Shown here piece by piece: positions 1 to 8,238 of a DNA stretch of 64,000 nucleotides. A program made the translations under genes and the position numbers. Positions within the stretch are counted from its first letter, which is position 1; the number at the start of each line of letters is the position of its first letter. This stretch comes from an uncultured bacterium. Its GTDB lineage: Bacteria > Verrucomicrobiota > Verrucomicrobiia > Verrucomicrobiales > DEV007. The stretch covers positions 1 through 64,000 of the forward strand of contig CAXBMO010000023.1 in NCBI GenBank assembly GCA_963977015.1, written 5' to 3'. The notes below the pieces were generated by a model. That model saw only the letters and a program-made list of their open reading frames with translations. It was not told where the DNA came from and ran no database searches.

Positions 1-233
1 TTAGGGTAGCGCAGAACTTCAGTTTTCAAGTGTCCATTTTTCGGGAAACAGGTCATTTGGATTGCGTGTCCGCTCTTTGATTTCGGAAAGTTGGCGCTTC
101 CTGCCGCGAATGCGGAAGAAATGGCGTAAATCCGCTCACTTTTTTGACCAGAATCACACGCGAAACTACCGCGATCGAATTTGGCTTGTAAGGGACGAAC
201 TCGCGCTCATTGTGATTTCACAGTCGTTTGCCC

Positions 234-452
234 ATGAAGCACCCGAACAAGCACATACAGGCCGCTCTCGAATATGCCGTCGATCATGATTGGCGGGTGG
301 TGAAGGCTGGAGCCCGAGCGCACATCTGGGGAACGATTTACTGTCATCATTCTGATCGCTCCGGATGCTTGTTTCGAGTCTTTTCAACCCCTCGGAACCC
401 GGAGAATCACGCCAAACACATCAAACGCGCAGTGGACCAGTGCCCTCACTGA
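234..452 (+). CDS. HicA-like small toxin (putative mRNA interferase)
   Basis: 72 aa from ATG 234: MKHPNKHIQAALEYAVDHDWRVVKAGARAHIWG...STP. It is basic and HicA-sized, with W-R-V...AH where HicA has GSH, and a small acidic ORF follows 15 nt downstream. Confidence 0.6.
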   Translation: MKHPNKHIQAALEYAVDHDWRVVKAGARAHIWGTIYCHHSDRSGCLFRVFSTPRNPENHAKHIKRAVDQCPH

Positions 453-467
453 GTCTAGAATGCCATC

Positions 468-710
468 GTGAAAATCCATGAATTCAGTTTGGTTCTCAGC
501 AAGGAACCCGACGAGGCTGAGGCTGACAAGATCGCCGGAGTGGTCGACGATGCCAGCATTGTAACGATAGCTGGCGTTCCCCAAATGTGGTTTCACCGGG
601 AGGCTACAAGCTTGGATGTGGCGATCCAGTCGGCTGTGGGCGATCTGAAAAGCCTCGGTATTGAGATTGAGCGTCTAGTGATCGAAGGAGAACTTCTTCA
701 AGCGGTCTGA
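468..710 (+). CDS. HicB-like antitoxin partner, N-terminal domain only (no HTH)
   Basis: Acidic 80 aa with an F-x-R-E-A-x-S-L-x-x-A-I-x-S-A segment typical of partners of this HicA-like family; apparently co-transcribed with 234-452. Confidence 0.55.
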   Translation: MKIHEFSLVLSKEPDEAEADKIAGVVDDASIVTIAGVPQMWFHREATSLDVAIQSAVGDLKSLGIEIERLVIEGELLQAV

Positions 711-998
711 ACGGCCCTTTCCCAACTAAAATCGGAGGAGAATTGGAGCGACGGGCCTTTGTCCTGGTTCAGCGTGAATCGCACAAACGGCCTGTGATCC
801 TATTGGATCGATCAGCTTATTTCGTAATGGTTGATTCGGCCCGCGTCTTGCCGCCGAAACCGACCTCGTTTTGTCTGAAAACGTGATCGTGCACTCCCAC
901 TGGTTCCGCAAGGCCGGAGGGCGTGGCGCATCATCAAGCCCCAGGAGGGCGGTTCATACGGATACGGAGATCCATTGCTACCGGCGGTCTTTAACCCA

Positions 999-1058
999 GA
1001 TTTTCAGGAGAAGTCCAATCATGGACTTCCTGAGAAGATGGAACGATGAATGTTGAAA
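999..1058 (+). promoter_or_regulatory. Degenerate copy of the shared promoter/operator module
   Basis: ATCATGGACTTCC matches the copy at 3241-3253. TGGACT at 1022 lies exactly 36 nt before ATG 1058. The upstream palindrome is degenerate. Confidence 0.5.
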
Positions 1059-3184
1059 TGAACCCCTTTGCCCGCGTTTTAGCGCTGTTCGCCATCCTCA
1101 GTTCCGCCTCTTCTGCTCAAGACTCAACGACGCCTGGAGATGCCTCTGCTCTCGTTCTCCACGTCGATCGGAATGGCAGGAACGATGGGGTGGGAACGAT
1201 CGAGGCCCCTTTCGCCAGTCTGGAGGCGGCTCGTGATCATCTGCGCACTCTGCGCGCCGGGGCTAGGCCGCTTCCTTCAGGACCCATCACGGTCTATCTG
1301 AGGGAAGGTGTTTACAGGCGGGATACACCGTTTGTCCTCGGGCCGGACGATGGCGGCAGCGAAGGCTCCCCGGTCGTCTATCGGTCGTTTCCTGGCGAAC
1401 GTGTTCGTCTCAGCGGTGGGATTGCCCTTTCTGCCAAGGATCTCGAAACCGTCACCGATCCGGCCATTCTCAATCGCGTCCCGCCATCCGTGCATGACGC
1501 GATCCGGAAAATCGATCTGCGCAAAGCGGGAGTGACCATGGAGCAATTCGGAGAGATCCAGTATTGGCAGAAAGGCGGGTTGAAGTATCCGGTTGAGCGC
1601 GGTGCGGTCTGGATCGACGGGAAGAAACTGGTCGCGGCCCGGTATCCGAAAGCGAATGGAGGTCCCGCCGGAGATGGATTCGTCCTAACCGGAGAAGTGC
1701 TTCACACTGGTTCGATTCCCCGGCACGGTGTCGAGAAGTTTCCGGCTGGCGGCGTTTTCCAGTATACGGACGAGGAAGTGGCTTCCTGGGCCGCCCACGA
1801 AAACGTCTGGCTCCACGGATACATGAAGGAAACCTATGCCGATGGAACTCTGCGGATCCAGTCGGTCGATACCGAAGCCGGAACCATCGCTGTTGAGCAA
1901 CCGTCCTGGTATGGGATCGGCGAGGGCGGTCGTTATTTCTATCTCAACGTCCTCGAACATCTCTCCCTCCCCGGCGAAAGCTGGATGGACCGGGAGAACG
2001 AAGCGATCTATCTCATTCCGCCGAGCCGTTTTCGCGACGATTCCGTCGTGGAGCTCTCGGTCAGCCGCGAACCCCTTCTTCGCATTGATGGCGCAAGCCA
2101 TTGCGTGATTTCGGGGATCGATTTTCTCCTCACGAGGAGTGATGCGATCCAGGTGGAGCACGGGAGCGGGATATCAGTCGAGAACCTCGAAATTCGCCAG
2201 ATCGAAGGCAACGGAGTTGTGATGCCGAAAACCGGGGTGACCGACAACTCTCTGGTCGAGGTGTCGATGACCCAGGTGGGTGGTTATCCTTTTCGCATCG
2301 GCGGCGGCGACTTGCTCACCCAGAGTGGTGGCAACTCTCTGGTTTCCCATTGCCGCTTCCGTCACTTTGGGCTCAATCGCTCCGGAAAAAGCCAGCTTGG
2401 CGGAGTCGGGAATGTGGTTCGGAACTCGGACTTTTCCCACTGCAAGGAAGGGGCGCTGGCGGTGAGTGGAAACGAGAACTTGGTCGAATACAACCGCTTC
2501 CGGTATCTGAACCGCGAAGGGAGTGACGCGGGGGCTGTCTACATGGGGCGTAACCCCTCCGAAACCGGGACTCGGATCCGCTACAATTACTTTCAAGACA
2601 TCGGCAATGGGATCGAGGAAGACACCGGTATCCAGGGCGTCTACGTCGATGATCGTTCCGGATTCGTCGAGGTCCATGGCAATATTTTCAACCGGGTCGG
2701 CAGCGGGAAACAGGCAGCGGCTTTCAAGGTGAACGGTGGAAAATTCAATGCGTTTACCAACAACATCGTGATCGATGGTCGTGCCGTCTATATTCAGGTT
2801 CACAGCACGACCCCGGAGCAATGGGCGGGCTGGTATCGGAGCAAAGAGATTGCCGCCAAATTGGACCGGGTCGACGCGGAAAACCCGGAGAGCCCGTGGG
2901 CGCGCCTGTATCCGCAGGCTTTCGAAGTGGCCCGCACCGGAGCGATGGCGCCGACGACGAGCAATATCGTAAAGAACAACATCGTGATTCGAGGCGAGCT
3001 TTGTCACGGCATCATCGGAGGCCGCTACGGCGATCCTCTTCCGGAAAAGAGCGGGAACCAGGTAGTGGACCACGACCCCGGTTTTTCCGATCTTGAGGGA
3101 GGCGATCTTTCGATTCCCAAACGCATCATGGAGCTCGAATTCCCCAGTATTGAGTGGATCGATTTCGACCGAATCGGGCCGTAG
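1058..3184 (+). CDS. Secreted right-handed parallel beta-helix protein (putative polysaccharide lyase/glycoside hydrolase)
   Basis: Signal peptide MNPFARVLALFAILSSASSA; N-terminal G-x-D-x-x-x-GT-x-x-x-PFASL-x-x-AR...YLR-x-G-x-Y motif; many Asn-ladder repeats; DAGAVY and GVYVDD motifs. Start 1058 is preferred over 1046 because of promoter geometry. Confidence 0.8.
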   Translation: MNPFARVLALFAILSSASSAQDSTTPGDASALVLHVDRNGRNDGVGTIEAPFASLEAARDHLRTLRAGARPLPSGPITVYLREGVYRRDTPFVLGPDDGGSEGSPVVYRSFPGERVRLSGGIALSAKDLETVTDPAILNRVPPSVHDAIRKIDLRKAGVTMEQFGEIQYWQKGGLKYPVERGAVWIDGKKLVAARYPKANGGPAGDGFVLTGEVLHTGSIPRHGVEKFPAGGVFQYTDEEVASWAAHENVWLHGYMKETYADGTLRIQSVDTEAGTIAVEQPSWYGIGEGGRYFYLNVLEHLSLPGESWMDRENEAIYLIPPSRFRDDSVVELSVSREPLLRIDGASHCVISGIDFLLTRSDAIQVEHGSGISVENLEIRQIEGNGVVMPKTGVTDNSLVEVSMTQVGGYPFRIGGGDLLTQSGGNSLVSHCRFRHFGLNRSGKSQLGGVGNVVRNSDFSHCKEGALAVSGNENLVEYNRFRYLNREGSDAGAVYMGRNPSETGTRIRYNYFQDIGNGIEEDTGIQGVYVDDRSGFVEVHGNIFNRVGSGKQAAAFKVNGGKFNAFTNNIVIDGRAVYIQVHSTTPEQWAGWYRSKEIAAKLDRVDAENPESPWARLYPQAFEVARTGAMAPTTSNIVKNNIVIRGELCHGIIGGRYGDPLPEKSGNQVVDHDPGFSDLEGGDLSIPKRIMELEFPSIEWIDFDRIGP

Positions 3185-3221
3185 TGGAGTGCTTATTATC
3201 ATAAGCCAGACCAATAGCGTG

Positions 3222-3281
3222 AATCTTCATGTGGATTTTGATCATGGACTTCCCTGGCCCGGAGCCCGAACAATGGCAGAA
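3222..3281 (+). promoter_or_regulatory. Shared promoter/operator module (copy before sulfatase 1)
   Basis: AATCTTCATGTGGATTTTGATCATGGACTTCC-N-CCGAACAATGGCAGA-ATG; near-identical to 16882-16941 with the same spacing. Confidence 0.8.
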
Positions 3282-4651
3282 TGAAATCCCTCATCCGCAT
3301 GGTTGTCCTGCTTGCTGCTGTCACCGGAATCCTCTCCGCGCAGGAAGATACCAGGCGCCCGAATATCGTTTTCATCATGGCCGACGATCTTGGGCCGGGC
3401 TGGGTGGACTACGATGGCAGCAATCCCGAAGTCAACACGCTCAATCTCCAGCGACTCGCGGAGAGTGGGATGGTGTTTACGAAGGCGTATGCCGCGTGCT
3501 CGGTTTGTTCACCGACGCGGGCGGCCTGCATCACCGGCATGTCTCCGGCGCAGATCGGAATGACAACGCACATTCCTGGAAAGGCTGGCAATGAGCGCAA
3601 AGGGCCCAAGGGAGGGCCGCGCGATGCGGATTCGCTGGACCATCTCCCGCTCGAACTGCCCAGCTATGCGCGTGAATTGAAAAAGCTGGGCTACACGACC
3701 GGCTTCCTTGGCAAATGGCATTTGGCAGGGGAGGGCTCGGTCGCGACCAGGGATGGAGTCGTGAACGGCGACTGGCATCCGGAGCATTATGGGTTCGATA
3801 CCAACCTCGGCGGCTGTGCCTATGGTCAACCCAAGTCCTGGTTTGATCCCTACCGAAATGGAACCCTTCCGAATCGTAAGGAAGGCGAGTATCTGACGGA
3901 TCGGCTGGGCGACGAAGCGGTCTCGTTCATTGCGGCCAATCAAGACAAGCCCTTTCATTTGACGCTCTGGCCATACTCGGTGCATACCCCGATCAAGGCA
4001 CCGAAAGAGTTGGTGAAAAAGAATGGTGGGAATGCCTTTCTCGCGATGCTCGAAAGCTTGGATGGCGCGGTCGGGAAGGTGCTCAACGCACTCGAAGCGA
4101 CCGGGACGATTGATAACACCATGGTTATTTTCTATTCGGACAACGGCGGTCACATCCCCACCACCTGGTTGGCGGATAAGAAAGCTTCGTTATTGGAAGG
4201 AGGGCTCCGGGTTCCCATGGTGGTTAGTTGGCCGGGAGTGATCAAGGGTGGCACGACCTGTGATGTCCCCGTCAACAGCATGGATTTTTTTCCAACCTTC
4301 GTGCACGCAGCGGGAGGCTCGACGGCGGAGATCGCTCAGTTGGAAGGACTGGACCTCAAGCCGCTCTTTCAGGGGGCGGACCAACTGGATCGCGACGCCC
4401 TTTACTGGCATTTCCCGCATAACCGCATGGAAGCTTCCCACTATATGGGGAGCACGATTCTCGAAGGCGAATGGAAATTCTATCAAGGATACAGTGTGAT
4501 TGAGGACAAACTGTTCAACCTCAAGGAAGATCCCATGGAGACAAGCAGTGTGCTTTCGAGTCACCCGGAATTGGCGGATCGTCTGCGCGGTAAACTTGAA
4601 GGATGGCTTGAAAAGGTGGACGCGAAGATGCCGAAGGAAGCGGCTCTCTAA
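3281..4651 (+). CDS. Sulfatase (S1 family, Cys-type), secreted
   Basis: Signal peptide; PNIVFIMADDLG, CSPTRAACITG, GKWHL, SDNGG and EGGLRVP motifs. Confidence 0.95.
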   Translation: MKSLIRMVVLLAAVTGILSAQEDTRRPNIVFIMADDLGPGWVDYDGSNPEVNTLNLQRLAESGMVFTKAYAACSVCSPTRAACITGMSPAQIGMTTHIPGKAGNERKGPKGGPRDADSLDHLPLELPSYARELKKLGYTTGFLGKWHLAGEGSVATRDGVVNGDWHPEHYGFDTNLGGCAYGQPKSWFDPYRNGTLPNRKEGEYLTDRLGDEAVSFIAANQDKPFHLTLWPYSVHTPIKAPKELVKKNGGNAFLAMLESLDGAVGKVLNALEATGTIDNTMVIFYSDNGGHIPTTWLADKKASLLEGGLRVPMVVSWPGVIKGGTTCDVPVNSMDFFPTFVHAAGGSTAEIAQLEGLDLKPLFQGADQLDRDALYWHFPHNRMEASHYMGSTILEGEWKFYQGYSVIEDKLFNLKEDPMETSSVLSSHPELADRLRGKLEGWLEKVDAKMPKEAAL

Positions 4652-4674
4652 GAATTTCCAATCCAAGAATTCCC

Positions 4675-5682
4675 ATGAACAAGAAGTCCATCATCTCTAC
4701 CGTCGGCCAGCACATCCTTGCGGAACAGCACAAGCATTCCCCCAATGCAACCGGGAGCTTTTCGTGGCTTCTTTCGGGGATCACGCTCGCGACCAAGATG
4801 ATTTCGGCCCGGGTGCGGCGCGCCGGACTCCTCGACGCCACCGGCGCGGTCGGGACCATGAATGTGCAGGGTGAGGAACAGCAGAAGCTTGATGTCTATG
4901 CCGACGAAGCCCTCGTCCATTGCCTCGGCGTACGGGACAATGTCGCCATCATCGCATCAGAGGAGAACGAAGAGGCCATCACCTTCGACGGGCGATCGGG
5001 GAAAGGGAAGTATGTGGTGCTGTTCGACCCGCTCGATGGTTCCTCCAATATTGACGTGAATACGACGGTCGGGACCATCTTCTCGATCCTCTCCCTGCCG
5101 GAAGGAATGTCGGAAAAAGACGATCCGAAGAAGGCGGTTCTCCAGCCGGGCGTCCGTCAGGTCGCGGCGGGCTATGTCGTTTACGGATCGTCCACCATTC
5201 TCGTCTACACTGCCGGGCACGGGGTGCATGGGTTCACCCTCGATCCGGGTGTCGGCGCCTATGTCCTCAGCCACGAGAACATGAGGATGCCGGAGACCGG
5301 TAAGTATTACTCCTGCAATACCGGATACTGGATTGATTTCCCGGCGCACTATCGCGACTACATTTGTCATCTTCGAGACGGAGGAATGGGGCGCGATTAC
5401 TCGCTCCGCTACATCGGTTCGCTGGTGGCGGATTTTCACCGGACGCTCATCAAGGGCGGCATTTTTCTCTACCCGCCCACCGCGAGCAATCCGGAAGGAA
5501 AACTGCGGCTACTTTACGAGGCCAACCCAATGGCCTTCATCGCGGAACAGGCCGGCGGTCTGGCGACGGACGGCACCAGACGCATCATGGAAATCGAACC
5601 CACCGGCATCCACCAGCGCGTCCCACTTGTGGTTGGCGGGAAGAGTGAGATGGAAGCTTTTGAGGAGATTGCTTCGCGTTAA
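4675..5682 (+). CDS. fbp: Fructose-1,6-bisphosphatase class 1
   Basis: NVQGEEQQKLD, ASEE, FDPLDGSSNID, RYIGSLVADFHRTL and GKLRLLYEANP motifs. Confidence 0.97.
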   Translation: MNKKSIISTVGQHILAEQHKHSPNATGSFSWLLSGITLATKMISARVRRAGLLDATGAVGTMNVQGEEQQKLDVYADEALVHCLGVRDNVAIIASEENEEAITFDGRSGKGKYVVLFDPLDGSSNIDVNTTVGTIFSILSLPEGMSEKDDPKKAVLQPGVRQVAAGYVVYGSSTILVYTAGHGVHGFTLDPGVGAYVLSHENMRMPETGKYYSCNTGYWIDFPAHYRDYICHLRDGGMGRDYSLRYIGSLVADFHRTLIKGGIFLYPPTASNPEGKLRLLYEANPMAFIAEQAGGLATDGTRRIMEIEPTGIHQRVPLVVGGKSEMEAFEEIASR

Positions 5683-5705
5683 GGTTCAGTGGCAGGCCCA
5701 CTTCA

Positions 5706-5730
5706 CAACTTGGCAGCGTTAGGCAAGTTG
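5706..5730. terminator. Possible hairpin between convergent fbp and SAM/vWA genes
   Basis: CAACTTGGC-N7-GGCAAGTTG (8 of 9 bp pair) in the gap between the two stop codons; only a short T-tract follows. Confidence 0.3.
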
Positions 5731-5732
5731 AT

Positions 5733-7229
5733 TTACTTGAGCGGCTCAATCTTTACCTCGCCGCCGACTGCGTTGGCGAACGTTTTGTATTGAGACAACG
5801 CTTTTTTGAAATTTGCGCTCGGATTGGCAAACGGGCACCAAAAAACAACTTTCACATTCTTGGAGCGGCACAGGTTTTGAACCTTTCTCATATAACCCGG
5901 ATTGGTAGCATCACTGAAATCAGAGAATACAAAAATCGTTTTGGGATAGGTTGTTTGATTCACCAGCAACTCCAGGGCGGTGCCCAGGCTCTGGAACCCT
6001 CCACCCAGGTTTGTGCTCGAACGAGTGAGTTTATGATTGGACTCGATGGAATCGCACCGCACGACTTTGAACAATGAGCGATTCATTCGCTTTGCTTGAG
6101 CAATGCTTTGCGAAGCACCGGTTTTGGCCGTCTTGGCGTTGATTTCAACCAGTAGCTGCACCTTATCGTTGGATTTGTAAGGAACGATGCTGGTGAGAGG
6201 CCGTTGTTCGAATCCACCACTGAACACCACCATGACTTGGGCGGTTCGAAAACTGCGTTCAATCTCTTCAATCACAAAGGGAACGGACCCATACATGGAC
6301 CGGGTAACATCAAAAACAACCGCCAGCTGGCCGGTGGTGGACATTCCCATGAATGAGCCGGCTCCCGCGCCATCGAGACCCGTACCCATTCCCATGGCGC
6401 CGCTTCCCAGATCACCATCGCCCATCCCAAGCGGGCCTGTGCTGGTTCTGGTCACGTTGGGCACGCTGAAGGCAGCCGTGGTATTGGCCTTCATCATCAT
6501 GGCCATCGGTGCTGCCGCCGATGAGGCGGATGCGGGGTTGCGCTTGACCTGTTTTTGCACCGTCTTCTTTTTCATCTCCTGCTGTGCGGTGGGCGCAGGG
6601 GCAACGATCGACGCCACAATTTCCGGTTCGTCCTTCGTCGGGGGCAGGATGACTAACAAGGCCGCCACCAGCGCGATGGCTGCGTGGACCCCAACCGCAA
6701 TGAGGATCGCGGTGGCCTTGGAGCCATTTCGAGAGTCTGGGGCGTTTTTCTGCGAGACCGGCGCGATCGCGGGCGCGGCGCTGAACGCGACTGGTTGTTC
6801 CTGATAAGCCGGTTCCGGTGGCTGAGGTGCAGGACTTTGGGCGAAGGCGTTGGTGTCGTGAACTGGTATTGGAGATGCGTGGCCGGGGTGCTCCGGATCG
6901 ACCTGATGAGGGATCTGTGTGGCCTCAGTCTGGGAAACTGGATCGGGATCAATTGAGGCGGGCTCGGATTCGGGGGAAGTGCCGTCCACGTTGGGATCGG
7001 GGGCAACCGGAGGGGAGGGAATTGGCGTGCCCGGCAGAGGTGTTAGCAGGTGCGGGGAAAGCTCCCTGAGAATCTTTTTTCGAGCACCCAACGGGACGCC
7101 GATCGACTCCAATTCGGCATCGCTCAAGGAAGCGAGAATCTCGACCTCATCGATCTCGTGGGCCGCAAAGATGTCGGCGTATTTGGTCAGGCCTTTGGCT
7201 TCAAGCCATTCATTGAAGTTCATGGTCAC
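5733..7229 (-). CDS. SAM-domain, Pro-rich, single-TM (His-containing) protein with C-terminal vWA-like domain; putative TonB/TolA-type energy transducer
   Basis: N-terminal SAM signature (WLEAKGLTKYADIFAAHEID...LSDAELESIGVPLGARKKIL); Pro-rich linker; TM AILIAVGVHAAIALVAALLVIL; Gly/Met linker; MIDAS-like LAVVFDVTRSM and TIFVFSD. GTG start overlaps the upstream stop; ATG 7223 is an alternative start. Confidence 0.7.
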   Translation of the reverse strand: MTMNFNEWLEAKGLTKYADIFAAHEIDEVEILASLSDAELESIGVPLGARKKILRELSPHLLTPLPGTPIPSPPVAPDPNVDGTSPESEPASIDPDPVSQTEATQIPHQVDPEHPGHASPIPVHDTNAFAQSPAPQPPEPAYQEQPVAFSAAPAIAPVSQKNAPDSRNGSKATAILIAVGVHAAIALVAALLVILPPTKDEPEIVASIVAPAPTAQQEMKKKTVQKQVKRNPASASSAAAPMAMMMKANTTAAFSVPNVTRTSTGPLGMGDGDLGSGAMGMGTGLDGAGAGSFMGMSTTGQLAVVFDVTRSMYGSVPFVIEEIERSFRTAQVMVVFSGGFEQRPLTSIVPYKSNDKVQLLVEINAKTAKTGASQSIAQAKRMNRSLFKVVRCDSIESNHKLTRSSTNLGGGFQSLGTALELLVNQTTYPKTIFVFSDFSDATNPGYMRKVQNLCRSKNVKVVFWCPFANPSANFKKALSQYKTFANAVGGEVKIEPLK

Positions 7230-8209
7230 TTCTTTTTCGCTGCGGGTTTCTTGGCTTTCCCTGGTTCCTTGGGTGGGGCTTTCGGCGCGGCTTCTTGTTC
7301 TCCTTCGTCCTTCGGTTCCGGCGGTTCAGGGGGCTTCGGTTGGTCCAGTTCTTCTGCCAGCAAGCTTTCGGCTCCCTGGCTGGCGCCTTCCCAAAGTTTG
7401 CCCGAGTTGTAAACTTTCGCGTAGGTATGAACCATTCCTTTCAGCTCGGCCTGGCGATTCTCACTTCCAAGGTTTTCCAAGAGCCGGGCTGCTGCCTGCA
7501 GGCTTCGTTTGGCCAATTCGGTTTGTTCCCCAAAATGAAAGCTGTAAGCGGATCCATAGGCGGCAATGGCTTCCTTGGGCTTGCCGGAACTTTCGAGAGC
7601 CAATCCGCGAAGATAGCCCAATTCCTCGGCGCCTGGATCCGTCGGCGCGAGTTGAACGGCGTCAATCAGCTGGATCGCCGGCTCCCAATTCTTCTGTCCG
7701 ATCTCGATCCAACATTGGATGATCGGAGGTGCTTCCCGGTGTTGGAGAGGGAGCGTTTCCCGCTTCAGGCGGGACGACCAATTCGCGACTTGTTCGGCAT
7801 TTCCCAATTCCCGGTGGATCTCAATGATTCGCAAGATGCCGAGTGAAGAATGGTTGCCCGGCGCGGGATAAAAATTGCCGCGTGTATCCTTAATCACTGC
7901 CTGGTATGCCCGGAGGGCCTTTTCCAACTCTCCCATCGCGTGAAATTCTTCAGCCTGGTTCCACGCGTCACTTGTCGGAAACGCGATGTTGGCAATCCGG
8001 TTCAGCGGAATCAGTTGTGGGGTGGGGACGGAGCCGATTCTGACGGAAACACCGTTCGCACCGGCGGAAACCACGTCGAACTGTTCGGTTTGGCCGTTGG
8101 TGAGTGTAACATCGGCCTCGACGCTTTTGGCTCCAGTGATCAGGAAACCGTAATCAACAAGCAGTAGTAACAATACGATGCGGAACCGCGAGATGAGGGG
8201 CTTATGCAT
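7226..8209 (-). CDS. Exported TPR-like protein with Pro/Lys-rich tail
   Basis: Hydrophobic N-terminus; small beta domain (VTLTNGQ...IPLNRIANIAF); helical repeats (YLRGLALESSGKPKEAIAAY); C-terminal PKPPEPPEPK...KKPAAKKK. Confidence 0.7.
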   Translation of the reverse strand: MHKPLISRFRIVLLLLLVDYGFLITGAKSVEADVTLTNGQTEQFDVVSAGANGVSVRIGSVPTPQLIPLNRIANIAFPTSDAWNQAEEFHAMGELEKALRAYQAVIKDTRGNFYPAPGNHSSLGILRIIEIHRELGNAEQVANWSSRLKRETLPLQHREAPPIIQCWIEIGQKNWEPAIQLIDAVQLAPTDPGAEELGYLRGLALESSGKPKEAIAAYGSAYSFHFGEQTELAKRSLQAAARLLENLGSENRQAELKGMVHTYAKVYNSGKLWEGASQGAESLLAEELDQPKPPEPPEPKDEGEQEAAPKAPPKEPGKAKKPAAKKK

Positions 8210-8238
8210 AGAAATGAGATAGCAGGTGATGGAACGAT

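Noticed and set aside
5-170. GGTAG...CTACC as IS-like termini before the HicA-like gene
   Set aside because: Only 5 bp of inverted match, no target duplication and no second copy.
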